Positions 29,400-38,449 of a stretch of 64,000 nt of DNA are shown here, one piece after another. The translations under genes and the position numbers were made by a program. Numbering within the stretch: the first letter of the stretch is position 1; every line of letters starts with the position of its first letter. Source of the DNA: Patescibacteria group bacterium (GTDB taxonomy: Bacteria; Patescibacteriota; Patescibacteriia; JAHJFT01); the NCBI GenBank assembly GCA_028710985.1, contig JAQTTB010000001.1, forward strand, positions 19,280 to 83,279, given 5' to 3'. Below the pieces are notes generated by a model, which saw only the letters and a list, made by a program, of their open reading frames with translations, did no database searches and was not told the DNA's origin.

Positions 29400-30783
29400 T
29401 TCTCATCTGAATATAAATTGAATTCAAATCAATTTCTGAATTACTTCTCAACCATCGTTCGATAAGATCCCTTGATAAATATGTAGTTGTTGGCGTTACC
29501 AATTGGTCAAAAACAATGTGGTGAAAAAAAATAAAGTTCTCCTCGGAAATCCAAACGGTATATTGATATAATGGTAATTTTTTTACAAAAGAAATACTTT
29601 TAAGTATATTGATTATTTTAGAGTAAAGAAAAAATAAAATAGCCAATGGGCCAGCGATAAAATATTTATTTAACCACCATGGTGTATGACAAACAATGCG
29701 ACGAAGTCGATCGATGACGTTTATTATTATCCAATTGCCTTCTTCCGCATAAACCCAGCAATGAAAACGACCGCCGGGTATAGTATTTTTAATTACAAAA
29801 TTAAAACCCAACTCCGGCTCCTTTAAATGATGGAGAACGCCAATACAATAAACAACATCGAACCCACCTTCGCTGAATTGTAAAATATCATCCTGAATAA
29901 TCCTATATTTTGTATTTTTGATATCTTCTAAATTTTTTCTCGCCGAATCGACGGAAGCACCTAAGTCAACCCCAACCATTTCACGCGGCTGCCAATTTGC
30001 TAAATGCACCATCAGGCTGCCATTGCCGCAGCCGAGCTCTAATATTTTATTTCCAGAAAAATCATTCTTGGTCAGTGGATGCATCCAATCCTCGAACTGT
30101 TTAAATGTATATATTGAACCAGCGACCAGATGATTCCACGATTTGGCAAATGCATCTGCCGTACCCTGATCCGGACTAGCAATAGCTTCATTCAGCTCCT
30201 TGGAGTGTGATTTTACACAAACGAATTCAAACGAAATCTCATCAAATCCCCCAACCCAAAAGCACCATATTCTGCTGCAAAAAACCTGGTTAAAATTAGC
30301 TAAACCGCTAATAAATTTATCTACTATTTTCAGTAGTTGCGTGGAAATTTCGCCATAACCCAAATATTGCAATAAATGCGGAAAAGCCATCCACCGCAGT
30401 TCCATTCTTTTCAGCCTAAATTCGACGCCGATATATCCAGATGAAGTATACTTTTCATTAAAGTAAAGGGGGAAAGCAACATCAAAACCGTGTGCATGTT
30501 GAGCGTGCGTAAAGCCGCGAGAAAAATGCGGCACTTTCAATTTTAAAATGCCGCCGTCTCTTAAAATTCTGTGCATCTCTTTCATCACCTCGAACGGTTT
30601 ATCGAGATGCTCCAAAACATGATAAGCCTCAATCAAATCAAAGCTATTCGATTCAAATGGATAAGGCAAACTGTTCAGGTCATGGATAACATCCGGTGAA
30701 ACTAACGGATTGATGTCAACATTGATATAATCGCTCTTTTTTGACGCACCGCATCCTAAATTTAATTTGTTCGTACTTTTCAT
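29347..30783 (-). CDS. Tandem double class I SAM-methyltransferase protein
   Basis: There are two separate motif-I regions: LNLGCGASKKSDYINVD...LIEAYHVLEHL in the N-terminal half and ILELGCGNGSLMVHLAN...VVYCIGVLHHL in the C-terminal half. Confidence 0.65.
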   Translation of the reverse strand: MKSTNKLNLGCGASKKSDYINVDINPLVSPDVIHDLNSLPYPFESNSFDLIEAYHVLEHLDKPFEVMKEMHRILRDGGILKLKVPHFSRGFTHAQHAHGFDVAFPLYFNEKYTSSGYIGVEFRLKRMELRWMAFPHLLQYLGYGEISTQLLKIVDKFISGLANFNQVFCSRIWCFWVGGFDEISFEFVCVKSHSKELNEAIASPDQGTADAFAKSWNHLVAGSIYTFKQFEDWMHPLTKNDFSGNKILELGCGNGSLMVHLANWQPREMVGVDLGASVDSARKNLEDIKNTKYRIIQDDILQFSEGGFDVVYCIGVLHHLKEPELGFNFVIKNTIPGGRFHCWVYAEEGNWIIINVIDRLRRIVCHTPWWLNKYFIAGPLAILFFLYSKIINILKSISFVKKLPLYQYTVWISEENFIFFHHIVFDQLVTPTTTYLSRDLIERWLRSNSEIDLNSIYIQMRNGNSWKFGGRKKKIVEA

Positions 30784-30800
30784 AACTGGATTTAAAATGT

Positions 30801-31754
30801 CTAAAAATTAATTTTAGATTTTAAAACGTACGGTTTCTCCCCTCGCGATTCATAATAAGTGCGCATGATCAATTCCGCTAAAACACCCATGGCGATAAGC
30901 TGTATGCCGACAATGATAAATAAAGCAGTCAATATCGGCAATGGAGTCTCCACGAAACTTCTTAATCCAAAAATTTTAAGCACAATCGCAGATAGGCCGG
31001 CCATAATCCCGACAAAAAGCGCGATAAACCCCATCCCTCCAAAAAAATGCATCGGCTTATTCAAATACTTTTCAAAAAATTTTATAACTACCAAATCCAG
31101 TAAAACTCTAAAAATTCTAGATAAACCATAATTGCTCCGACCGGCTTTTCTTGGACGATAGTTTACCTCCACTTCTGTCAGATTAGCGCCTTGGCGTACG
31201 GCATAAGCCGGTATAAACCGATGCATTTCTCCATAGAGGGAAAACCCGTGTAATATTTTTTTTCTATATGCCTTCAATGTGCATCCATAGTCATGCAACT
31301 TAACATTAGTAATTCTTGAAATCAACCAGTTCGCCATGAGGGAGGGCAGTCTACGACTTAATTTATTCTTTTGCCAACGCCCGCGACGCCACCCGGAAAC
31401 AACGTCATACCCGTTATTAATACGCTCCAAGAGCCTTGGAATATCGGCCGGGTCATTTTCTAAATCACTATCCATGGTCACGATTATATCACTGCTCGCA
31501 TATTCAATCCCGGCTTGAAGCGCGGCGGTTTGTCCGCGATTTACCGCAAAACTTAAAACCTTAATTTTATTATTATCGCCCGCTAGTGATTTTAACACGG
31601 CCAAAGAATTGTCGCTCGACCCATCGTCAACCAGAATTATTTCATAATCATAACTATTCCTCTCCATTACGGACACGATCTCTCGGACCAATTCCAATAA
31701 ATTTTTTTCCTCATTATAGACTGGTATAACAATCGATAAATGCATATTTCCCAT
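30801..31754 (-). CDS. Glycosyltransferase family 2, GtrB/DPM1-like with C-terminal TM helices
   Basis: LSIVIPVYNEEKNLLELVREI...IILVDDGSSDNS...VTMDSDLEND is typical of GT2. It has 2 C-terminal TM helices. Confidence 0.82.
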   Translation of the reverse strand: MGNMHLSIVIPVYNEEKNLLELVREIVSVMERNSYDYEIILVDDGSSDNSLAVLKSLAGDNNKIKVLSFAVNRGQTAALQAGIEYASSDIIVTMDSDLENDPADIPRLLERINNGYDVVSGWRRGRWQKNKLSRRLPSLMANWLISRITNVKLHDYGCTLKAYRKKILHGFSLYGEMHRFIPAYAVRQGANLTEVEVNYRPRKAGRSNYGLSRIFRVLLDLVVIKFFEKYLNKPMHFFGGMGFIALFVGIMAGLSAIVLKIFGLRSFVETPLPILTALFIIVGIQLIAMGVLAELIMRTYYESRGEKPYVLKSKINF

Positions 31755-33418
31755 TAAAATTTAATTAAAACAAAATATTCATTTTGCGATATGGGAAGAT
31801 CCCCTTGATCCCCTTCTTTCACCACTCCGGCTAACGCTGAGTTCGAACGCAATAGCGCATAATTTGCCCCATATTTACGACCAAAATCTATCAACTTAAC
31901 GATATCGTCACCGTGTAGGGCATTGTTTTGTTCTTCAAATACTCTGCGCCATTCTACCAATTGATTCTTGCCCGACATTAAATATGCGGATCCCTCTTCA
32001 AAGGAAGTAACTATATTAACCCTGCAGAAATAACGCAAATTAAAATCATTACTAATCACGGTATCCCCGTCGCCGACACCGCCGTTTTTAAGTTGCTGGC
32101 AAACTATATTATATATCTTTTCCTGGTCTTCAAACACCTTATTTTGAAATACCCTGGGTATATATTCCTCCTGATAATTCTCATAACCTAATAAAAATTG
32201 AAACCATTCGAAGCCAAAGGAGGAGCTCAAAAAGCCCAAAATGAGCAGGGCGGATAAGAAAATTACTCGAACTTTTTTTTGTAAAAAATATCTATTGCGT
32301 CTAAATAATTCTTCCAGTGAAACAGCCACTAATAAAAATATACCAAAGTAAACAAATTTAAAAAATCGACTAGTTTGCTGAAAAATAAACGGACCATCCA
32401 AATGGATCATCGCTATTTGTAGTATTGGAAAAAATACACTAAAAAATATTGAGAGCAGTATAAATAAAATTGACCACTTTGCGATAAGATAATCCAAGGA
32501 TTCTTTTATGATTAACCTCTTTTTCAAGAGGTACAAAACATATGCAACGAATGGCGCAAAGAAAACAAGAATAATTATCATATGCCGTATCCACATAAGG
32601 CTCTCCGGCGGATAATCCCATGGCGTCCTAAAAATTATCGCTTCCAAGAAGTCTAAGCTTGAGTATTCAACATTAGATAAAAATTTGGAATTTATTGCAT
32701 CTAAACGAAAAATTATTTCATACAACAGCAAGGATGAACCAAGAATAAATGCAGCTGACGCTGATGCGGTCTGTTTCAAAACACCAAAAAAATTATTGCG
32801 CCAAAATAAAAGAAATAAAGATATTACGAGAGCTAGAAAAGTAAAAAATAATATGCTTACCGGATGAATATAAGAGACTATACCGAGCAATAAGAACAAC
32901 GGCCAAATTTTCTTATTGTCGTAAATAAATTTAATAATTAATGCACCGATTATCCATAAGAATGGCATCGCCGTCGAACGTCCCAAAACTTCATAATTCG
33001 TGAGAACTCCGAATATTTCGTTCCCGACCGAAAAGCGCGGGGCAAGGGCTACTATAGCTACAACGATCGCGATTGAACGCCGTATGCCCAATATTCTAAG
33101 CGCAATATACGCCGAATAACCAGTAAAAAAAACCATAGAAAATAATAGTATATTGCGGCTGGTAAATGGATCAAAGAAATAACTCAACGCATTAATAATA
33201 TATGGATAAACGTAGTATCGATACGTCATCGTGGACAATAATTCATTTCCTGGATAAGAACTATCCATTAAAGCCCGGTTAGACGCCATAATGGCAATCT
33301 CATCGCCATTGAGTCTAAACGGCAGGGAAAAATTATAAACAACCGACAGAGCGGCAATAAACAAAAAAATCAATATTACACATAAATTGACGATTCCAAC
33401 ATTTTTACGCTCTGACAT
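31754..33418 (-). CDS. Large polytopic membrane protein; candidate GT-C-like enzyme
   Basis: A 554-aa ORF with more than 10 TM helices and a soluble C-terminal domain of about 150 aa. I recognised no motif. Confidence 0.35.
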   Translation of the reverse strand: MSERKNVGIVNLCVILIFLFIAALSVVYNFSLPFRLNGDEIAIMASNRALMDSSYPGNELLSTMTYRYYVYPYIINALSYFFDPFTSRNILLFSMVFFTGYSAYIALRILGIRRSIAIVVAIVALAPRFSVGNEIFGVLTNYEVLGRSTAMPFLWIIGALIIKFIYDNKKIWPLFLLLGIVSYIHPVSILFFTFLALVISLFLLFWRNNFFGVLKQTASASAAFILGSSLLLYEIIFRLDAINSKFLSNVEYSSLDFLEAIIFRTPWDYPPESLMWIRHMIIILVFFAPFVAYVLYLLKKRLIIKESLDYLIAKWSILFILLSIFFSVFFPILQIAMIHLDGPFIFQQTSRFFKFVYFGIFLLVAVSLEELFRRNRYFLQKKVRVIFLSALLILGFLSSSFGFEWFQFLLGYENYQEEYIPRVFQNKVFEDQEKIYNIVCQQLKNGGVGDGDTVISNDFNLRYFCRVNIVTSFEEGSAYLMSGKNQLVEWRRVFEEQNNALHGDDIVKLIDFGRKYGANYALLRSNSALAGVVKEGDQGDLPISQNEYFVLIKF

Positions 33419-33430
33419 ATTTTATGAAAA

Positions 33431-34159
33431 TTATTTTCTACATATCGCCATCAACGAAACGCCGAATGGAAAATTAAAACGCTTCAATACAAACGCTTCC
33501 AGGGAAAACACCCAAAATAATATACGAGATAAGGGGCCGCCGCTGCCGACAAATTCGATTTTCTTAACAGAAAAAAAAGCTTTTTCGAAAAAACGGAAAA
33601 ATAATATTGGCAAAAATAAAATGGTATTAAAATACGAAGAACGTACAACGTGCAAACCCAAACTCCGTAATTTTACAAAAATTTGATTGTAGGTATAACG
33701 GCGAAAATGATGTCCCGCCTCATCGGCCCAGCCCCACAAAAAATTAAAAGCAGGAACAAAAATAATAATTATTCCTTCTTTTTTTACTACACGTTTCAAT
33801 TCACTAATAGCTTTATTATCATCAGACACGTGTTCTAATACATCGAGGCAAATCACAACATCAAAAAAATTATCTGGAAATTGAATATTCGTAATATCTC
33901 CCAAATCGACATTCTCTAAAAAATTTTGTTTACAAAAATTAACGGCCAACGGGCTATTATCAACGCCATAACAAACACCGAATTTTTTGAGCTCCTTCAT
34001 CAGCATACCCGTGCCACAACCGACATCGAGCATCTTCAATGCACCACTATGGTCAGAAAAAAAATTACTGATTATATCAGCTACAATTCTTCGCCTCACC
34101 CTATACCACCAATTATCTTTTTCAGCTGTATAAATTAATTTATAGACGTCAGATCGCAT
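33431..34159 (-). CDS. Class I SAM-dependent methyltransferase
   Basis: MLDVGCGTGMLMKELKKFGVCYGVDNS and LDVLEHV are methyltransferase motifs. Confidence 0.75.
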   Translation of the reverse strand: MRSDVYKLIYTAEKDNWWYRVRRRIVADIISNFFSDHSGALKMLDVGCGTGMLMKELKKFGVCYGVDNSPLAVNFCKQNFLENVDLGDITNIQFPDNFFDVVICLDVLEHVSDDNKAISELKRVVKKEGIIIIFVPAFNFLWGWADEAGHHFRRYTYNQIFVKLRSLGLHVVRSSYFNTILFLPILFFRFFEKAFFSVKKIEFVGSGGPLSRILFWVFSLEAFVLKRFNFPFGVSLMAICRK

Positions 34160-34166
34160 AACTTTA

Positions 34167-35237
34167 TTAAATATTCTTATCTGGATAAAAATTATCCATC
34201 AAACGCTCAATTAAAAAATCCAAACTATGCTCGCGGATTATAATTTCTCTCAATCCCTTGCCTAACGCCACCCGCCTGTCTACATCCATAGTCAATAAAT
34301 TTATCAATTTATTCTTAAAATCATTCACGTCATCCTCCTCAAAAACCATCGGCTCAGGCAAAACATCCTTTAGCGCCCTATTTGATACCAGCACCGGCAT
34401 TTCACAGGCCATGGCTTCAAAAATTGTCTTATCCATGCTCCCGCTCTGTGTAAAATTAACATAAAGCGCGTGTTGGTTATAAATGTTCGATGTCTCACGA
34501 TATGGCACGCCAGGATAAAAAGAAAGCATTCCTGCGCCCTCCAGCTCCTTGCCCGCTCCCCTGACTCTTTGATAATATTCCGCATCGGAATCGGTCGGAT
34601 CGCCATAGATACTCGCCGTAAAGCCAATTCCTTGGCCATGCAGATCAGACAAAGCGTTAACAAACATTTCGACTTTCTTAACTGGCGATATTCTCCCCAG
34701 AAACAATACGGATTTTTCATATTTCGCCGATGGATCGAAACCTTTAAATATATCTGTGTCGATCCCAACGGGCATAATCCTTGCTTTTTTATACCGCGAG
34801 CAAAACGAATTTGGTGAAGTGTAGAATACGTTATTGGAAAATAAGACGCCAAACCTAGTTATGATATTACCAATCTTGTGATTGTGCCATAGAAAAATTT
34901 TTTTATTAAAAATTCTCCACAATATACCGGCCATAACAATATATTCCGGATTCATATGGACAAAAATAACGTCGTAATCCCTAATTAGAAAAATAATATT
35001 TTTATAAAATTCGATAATATAGCCAACCCGACTCTTCCTTTTTTCCTTTTCCAGGGATATAACTCGCACATTGTTTGGCAAATTATATTTTCCTGACTCT
35101 AGACAAACTACGTTAACAGTATCAAACGATGGGCTAATCTTCATAATCCAGTTATGAAAAAATCCAAGCACTTTATCGTCCCTGTCAACCTTCTGAGTAA
35201 TAATTAGCAGATTTATTTTTTTATCGCCTTGTCCCAT
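34167..35237 (-). CDS. Glycosyltransferase, GT4/GT1-like Glycos_transf_1 domain
   Basis: The C-terminal block LFLGRISPVKKVEMF...TQSGSMDKTIFEAMACEMPVLVSN is typical of this domain. Confidence 0.7.
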   Translation of the reverse strand: MGQGDKKINLLIITQKVDRDDKVLGFFHNWIMKISPSFDTVNVVCLESGKYNLPNNVRVISLEKEKRKSRVGYIIEFYKNIIFLIRDYDVIFVHMNPEYIVMAGILWRIFNKKIFLWHNHKIGNIITRFGVLFSNNVFYTSPNSFCSRYKKARIMPVGIDTDIFKGFDPSAKYEKSVLFLGRISPVKKVEMFVNALSDLHGQGIGFTASIYGDPTDSDAEYYQRVRGAGKELEGAGMLSFYPGVPYRETSNIYNQHALYVNFTQSGSMDKTIFEAMACEMPVLVSNRALKDVLPEPMVFEEDDVNDFKNKLINLLTMDVDRRVALGKGLREIIIREHSLDFLIERLMDNFYPDKNI

Positions 35238-36337
35238 GTTTCGTTATAAAGTTTTAATGTCGCCTCCTTGCCCGGAAGTCGCTCTAACGCGTTCTTGGCA
35301 TTTTGACTAAACTTCATTTTTAATTCAGGGTTATTCTTTACTTTGACCAATGCGTCAGAAATCGCACTTATATTATTTACCGGGACCACGATACCATTCT
35401 CATAGTTTTTTACCACCTCTCCGGCGCAACCGACGTCGGTCATGATAACTGCGCAGCTGCAAGCCAGGGATTCAATAGCCACCCTGCTCCATCCTTCGTA
35501 TTCAGAGGTCAATAAAACACAATCCGCTCCCTTAAAAAAACTCACAACGTCCTGGGTCCAGGGAATGAAAATCACCGATTCACCCAAGCCCAATTCGCCT
35601 ACCAATCTTTTTAATTCTTTTTCCTGACTCCCCTCGCCAACAATGAGCAAGCCGCTCTTAGGACTTTTTTTTAAGAACATTAAAAATGCTTTTAAGGCAA
35701 CGTCTATTCTTTTTACCCTCTCCAATCGCCCCATAACCAGAGCGATAAAATCAAATTGTGAATATTTTTCCTTTAGATTAAAATCCGGCTCCTTTAATTC
35801 CAGACTTTTCCAAGGTGTGCAAATCGGCAGAACCGTTATCTTTTCTTGATTAATCCCTCTCTTGATTAAGTCCCGCTTGATTCTCTGACTAACCGCTCTG
35901 ATAGAATCGGCCTTTTTTATAATTCCCAAGCCAAGATACCATCGTAGATTGTTCAAAAAATTTTCTCCGCGCCAATGAGGATTACTAAAAAAATCGCCAT
36001 GGAGTTGAATATTCAAACCTAAACCGAATTTTCTTTTAGCGAAATATCCGATTAACCCGATGGCAAACGGGTCTTGAACCGAAACGACATTAATATTGCT
36101 GCGCTTAATAATGCTGGCTGCTTCCCTCCACAATTTTAACCAGCCAAAAAATTTATTATTAACTCCCACGGATCGTACGAATACGTTGTCGGTTAATTGT
36201 ATATTCGTGCTACAACCAGCCGGCAGCAAAATATAAAATTTATTACCAATAAAATTGGCGTAACTCTTAAATCTCTCCTGTGTCTCGCTACCCGACTTTA
36301 AAATTCTTGCATCGGTGCCAATTATCAAAATGTTCAT
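35213..36337 (-). CDS. Glycosyltransferase family 4
   Basis: MNILIIGTDARILKSGSE and the C-terminal block LLIVGEGSQEKELK...LLTSEYEGWSRVAIESLACSCAVIMTDVG are typical of GT4. Confidence 0.75.
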   Translation of the reverse strand: MNILIIGTDARILKSGSETQERFKSYANFIGNKFYILLPAGCSTNIQLTDNVFVRSVGVNNKFFGWLKLWREAASIIKRSNINVVSVQDPFAIGLIGYFAKRKFGLGLNIQLHGDFFSNPHWRGENFLNNLRWYLGLGIIKKADSIRAVSQRIKRDLIKRGINQEKITVLPICTPWKSLELKEPDFNLKEKYSQFDFIALVMGRLERVKRIDVALKAFLMFLKKSPKSGLLIVGEGSQEKELKRLVGELGLGESVIFIPWTQDVVSFFKGADCVLLTSEYEGWSRVAIESLACSCAVIMTDVGCAGEVVKNYENGIVVPVNNISAISDALVKVKNNPELKMKFSQNAKNALERLPGKEATLKLYNETWDKAIKK

Positions 36338-37338
36338 TTCAGCTTCAAATTAATTGCTTTAATTATCGGCTTATTGGCAATGCTGCAGTTTTTGCATACC
36401 GGCAATTCCTGCTCAATGACTGCTCTTCTGATTTTTGCGTATTTATCGCTCTGCCAAATTTTATTAAAACTTCTTTCTTCAAAAACATTACCAACCACGA
36501 TGCTCCCCTCAAGATCGGTGCAGCATACACCCACATCACCGTTCCAAAGTATCACACTGCGCCAAATCCAGGGGCATGTCTTTGGCTTATCTATATTCAC
36601 GAGTCTACCCTCCTTCAGGCGATAGCGACTATTTTTTAAATCCGTTGGCAGAAACTCCAAGGCATTTGCTAGAAGCTTTTCCTGAAGTTCGGCCGTTGAC
36701 CCGATATTGAAAGAAGCGCTTTTAAACCACAGGGCGTCAACTCCGAGCTTGCGGCCCAAATCCTCAATCGCTCCCATCTCACGCTCATTGAACTTCATTA
36801 CCAAGAATTGAATAATAATCCTTGTCTTGCGGTTTTTGATGCCCGCTATCTGCCGCAGGGTTCCAACTATTTTATTAAAATCGCTATTGACACGATATTT
36901 CTGCTGCGTCTCGGCCGATGCTCCGTCCATGGCAAAAATCAAATTATCAATTCCATAGCCGACCGCCTCGCGATACCTTTCAACCGGCATGGTCCCATTA
37001 GTACTAACTGTCAATATATAACCGTGGTCTTTGAGATACTTCACCATCGCCGGAAACTCAGGATTGGCGAATGATTCGCCGGAAAAGTGCAAAGTAATTT
37101 TTTTGATGCTCCTGGGCAAATAACTTTCTATTTCCTCGAGCTGTTTCAAGGTTAAAAATCCTCTCGGCTTGGTTGACGTTCTCTGAATGCAAAACGGACA
37201 ACGCAAATTACAAAAACTCGAGGCCTCAATAATTATTTCTTTAAGCGGCCTAACCCTCCGAATCCAGGCATCTGGAAGCAATAACAGCGCTCTGTTGAAC
37301 AGAGTCGATTTACTTATTTTATCTTTCAGCCAATACAT
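36334..37338 (-). CDS. Radical SAM protein with a C-terminal SPASM/twitch-like Cys-rich domain
   Basis: CNLRCPFC is the CxxxCxxC radical-SAM cluster motif, and GESF is the SAM-binding GGE-like block. The C-terminus reads CPWIWRS...VGVCCTD...CKNC. Confidence 0.75.
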   Translation of the reverse strand: MYWLKDKISKSTLFNRALLLLPDAWIRRVRPLKEIIIEASSFCNLRCPFCIQRTSTKPRGFLTLKQLEEIESYLPRSIKKITLHFSGESFANPEFPAMVKYLKDHGYILTVSTNGTMPVERYREAVGYGIDNLIFAMDGASAETQQKYRVNSDFNKIVGTLRQIAGIKNRKTRIIIQFLVMKFNEREMGAIEDLGRKLGVDALWFKSASFNIGSTAELQEKLLANALEFLPTDLKNSRYRLKEGRLVNIDKPKTCPWIWRSVILWNGDVGVCCTDLEGSIVVGNVFEERSFNKIWQSDKYAKIRRAVIEQELPVCKNCSIANKPIIKAINLKLK

Positions 37339-38449
37339 ATCGTTTTATTATATTCAGGGTATCGGTCGCCGTATCTTTCCACGTGCGGTTTAATTCACCT
37401 TCTTTTATATCTGGACAAATTCTTTCATAATCAGATTCCTCGGCCAAACGAGCAATGTCTTTTTTTATTTCTTCGCGATCCATTGGATTAGTCAAAGTGG
37501 ATCTACCTTCAAAAATTTCTTCCATACCATTATCCCTGGTAATAATCAGGGGTTTCCCGAGTTTCATGCATTCCATGCCAAAATTCGGGCTGATTTCCGA
37601 AAACGAAGGCAGGATGCAGGCATAGGCCAATTTTATCCTTTCAATAACCCCTTGATGCGGAATGCCGTCAAATATTTTTATATATTCATCTGACCGGCTC
37701 TCTCGAACAATTCGTTTTAAATTATCTTTTTCGGGACCATCGCCATAAACACTCAAAAAAATCTTTTTTCCCTCGGTACGAAGCTCGACAAAAATTTTAA
37801 TTAAATCAGCCAGATTTTTTAATTTTATCAATCTGCCAGCAAATAAAAATATTTTATCCGGTTCAGCGTAACTCAATGACTGCCCTTTTAAAATCTGAGG
37901 GAATGGATTTAAAATAACGCTGCTCTTGGCCTCAATGAAAGGAAATACTTTCAAATAAATATTTCTCTGAAAATCGGTAGAAAAAATAATATGGGAACTG
38001 CGTGTTAAAACCAATTTAATAAGACGAAAGGCCATGCCACGCGTATATAAGTTTCTGCCGTAATATTCCGATAGCGTAACCCTTTGGCCGGATTCAGCCG
38101 CTTTCTCCCAAAGATAATCTCCACCGAGACGCAAAAATATTTTTTTTCTTAAATATACATTGGCAATTGCGGTTGGCAAACCAGCGCTCAATATATCAAA
38201 TGTATAAATGAGATCCGCCTTTCGTCCGTGTCGCAAGACATTAATAAAAAAGGTGAAATATCTAATATAAACACACGGCTTTCTTGAAACACCGTGGATT
38301 CTCATCCCCTCCACCGCATTTGGCTGGCCATATGTAATTATTTCGATCTCATGGCCTAATTTTTTTAGCTCCGCAGATAAATTTTCTACATACGTTGCTG
38401 GCCCGCCAATATCCGGTGGAAATATGCCCGTTGTGATCAATATCTTCAT
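37319..38449 (-). CDS. Glycosyltransferase family 4
   Basis: MKILITTGIFPPDIGGPATYVENLSAELKKLGHEI is typical of GT4. The C-terminus reads FLSVYGDGPEKDNLK...ILPSFSEISPNFGMECMKLGKPLI. Confidence 0.78.
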   Translation of the reverse strand: MKILITTGIFPPDIGGPATYVENLSAELKKLGHEIEIITYGQPNAVEGMRIHGVSRKPCVYIRYFTFFINVLRHGRKADLIYTFDILSAGLPTAIANVYLRKKIFLRLGGDYLWEKAAESGQRVTLSEYYGRNLYTRGMAFRLIKLVLTRSSHIIFSTDFQRNIYLKVFPFIEAKSSVILNPFPQILKGQSLSYAEPDKIFLFAGRLIKLKNLADLIKIFVELRTEGKKIFLSVYGDGPEKDNLKRIVRESRSDEYIKIFDGIPHQGVIERIKLAYACILPSFSEISPNFGMECMKLGKPLIITRDNGMEEIFEGRSTLTNPMDREEIKKDIARLAEESDYERICPDIKEGELNRTWKDTATDTLNIIKRYVLAER

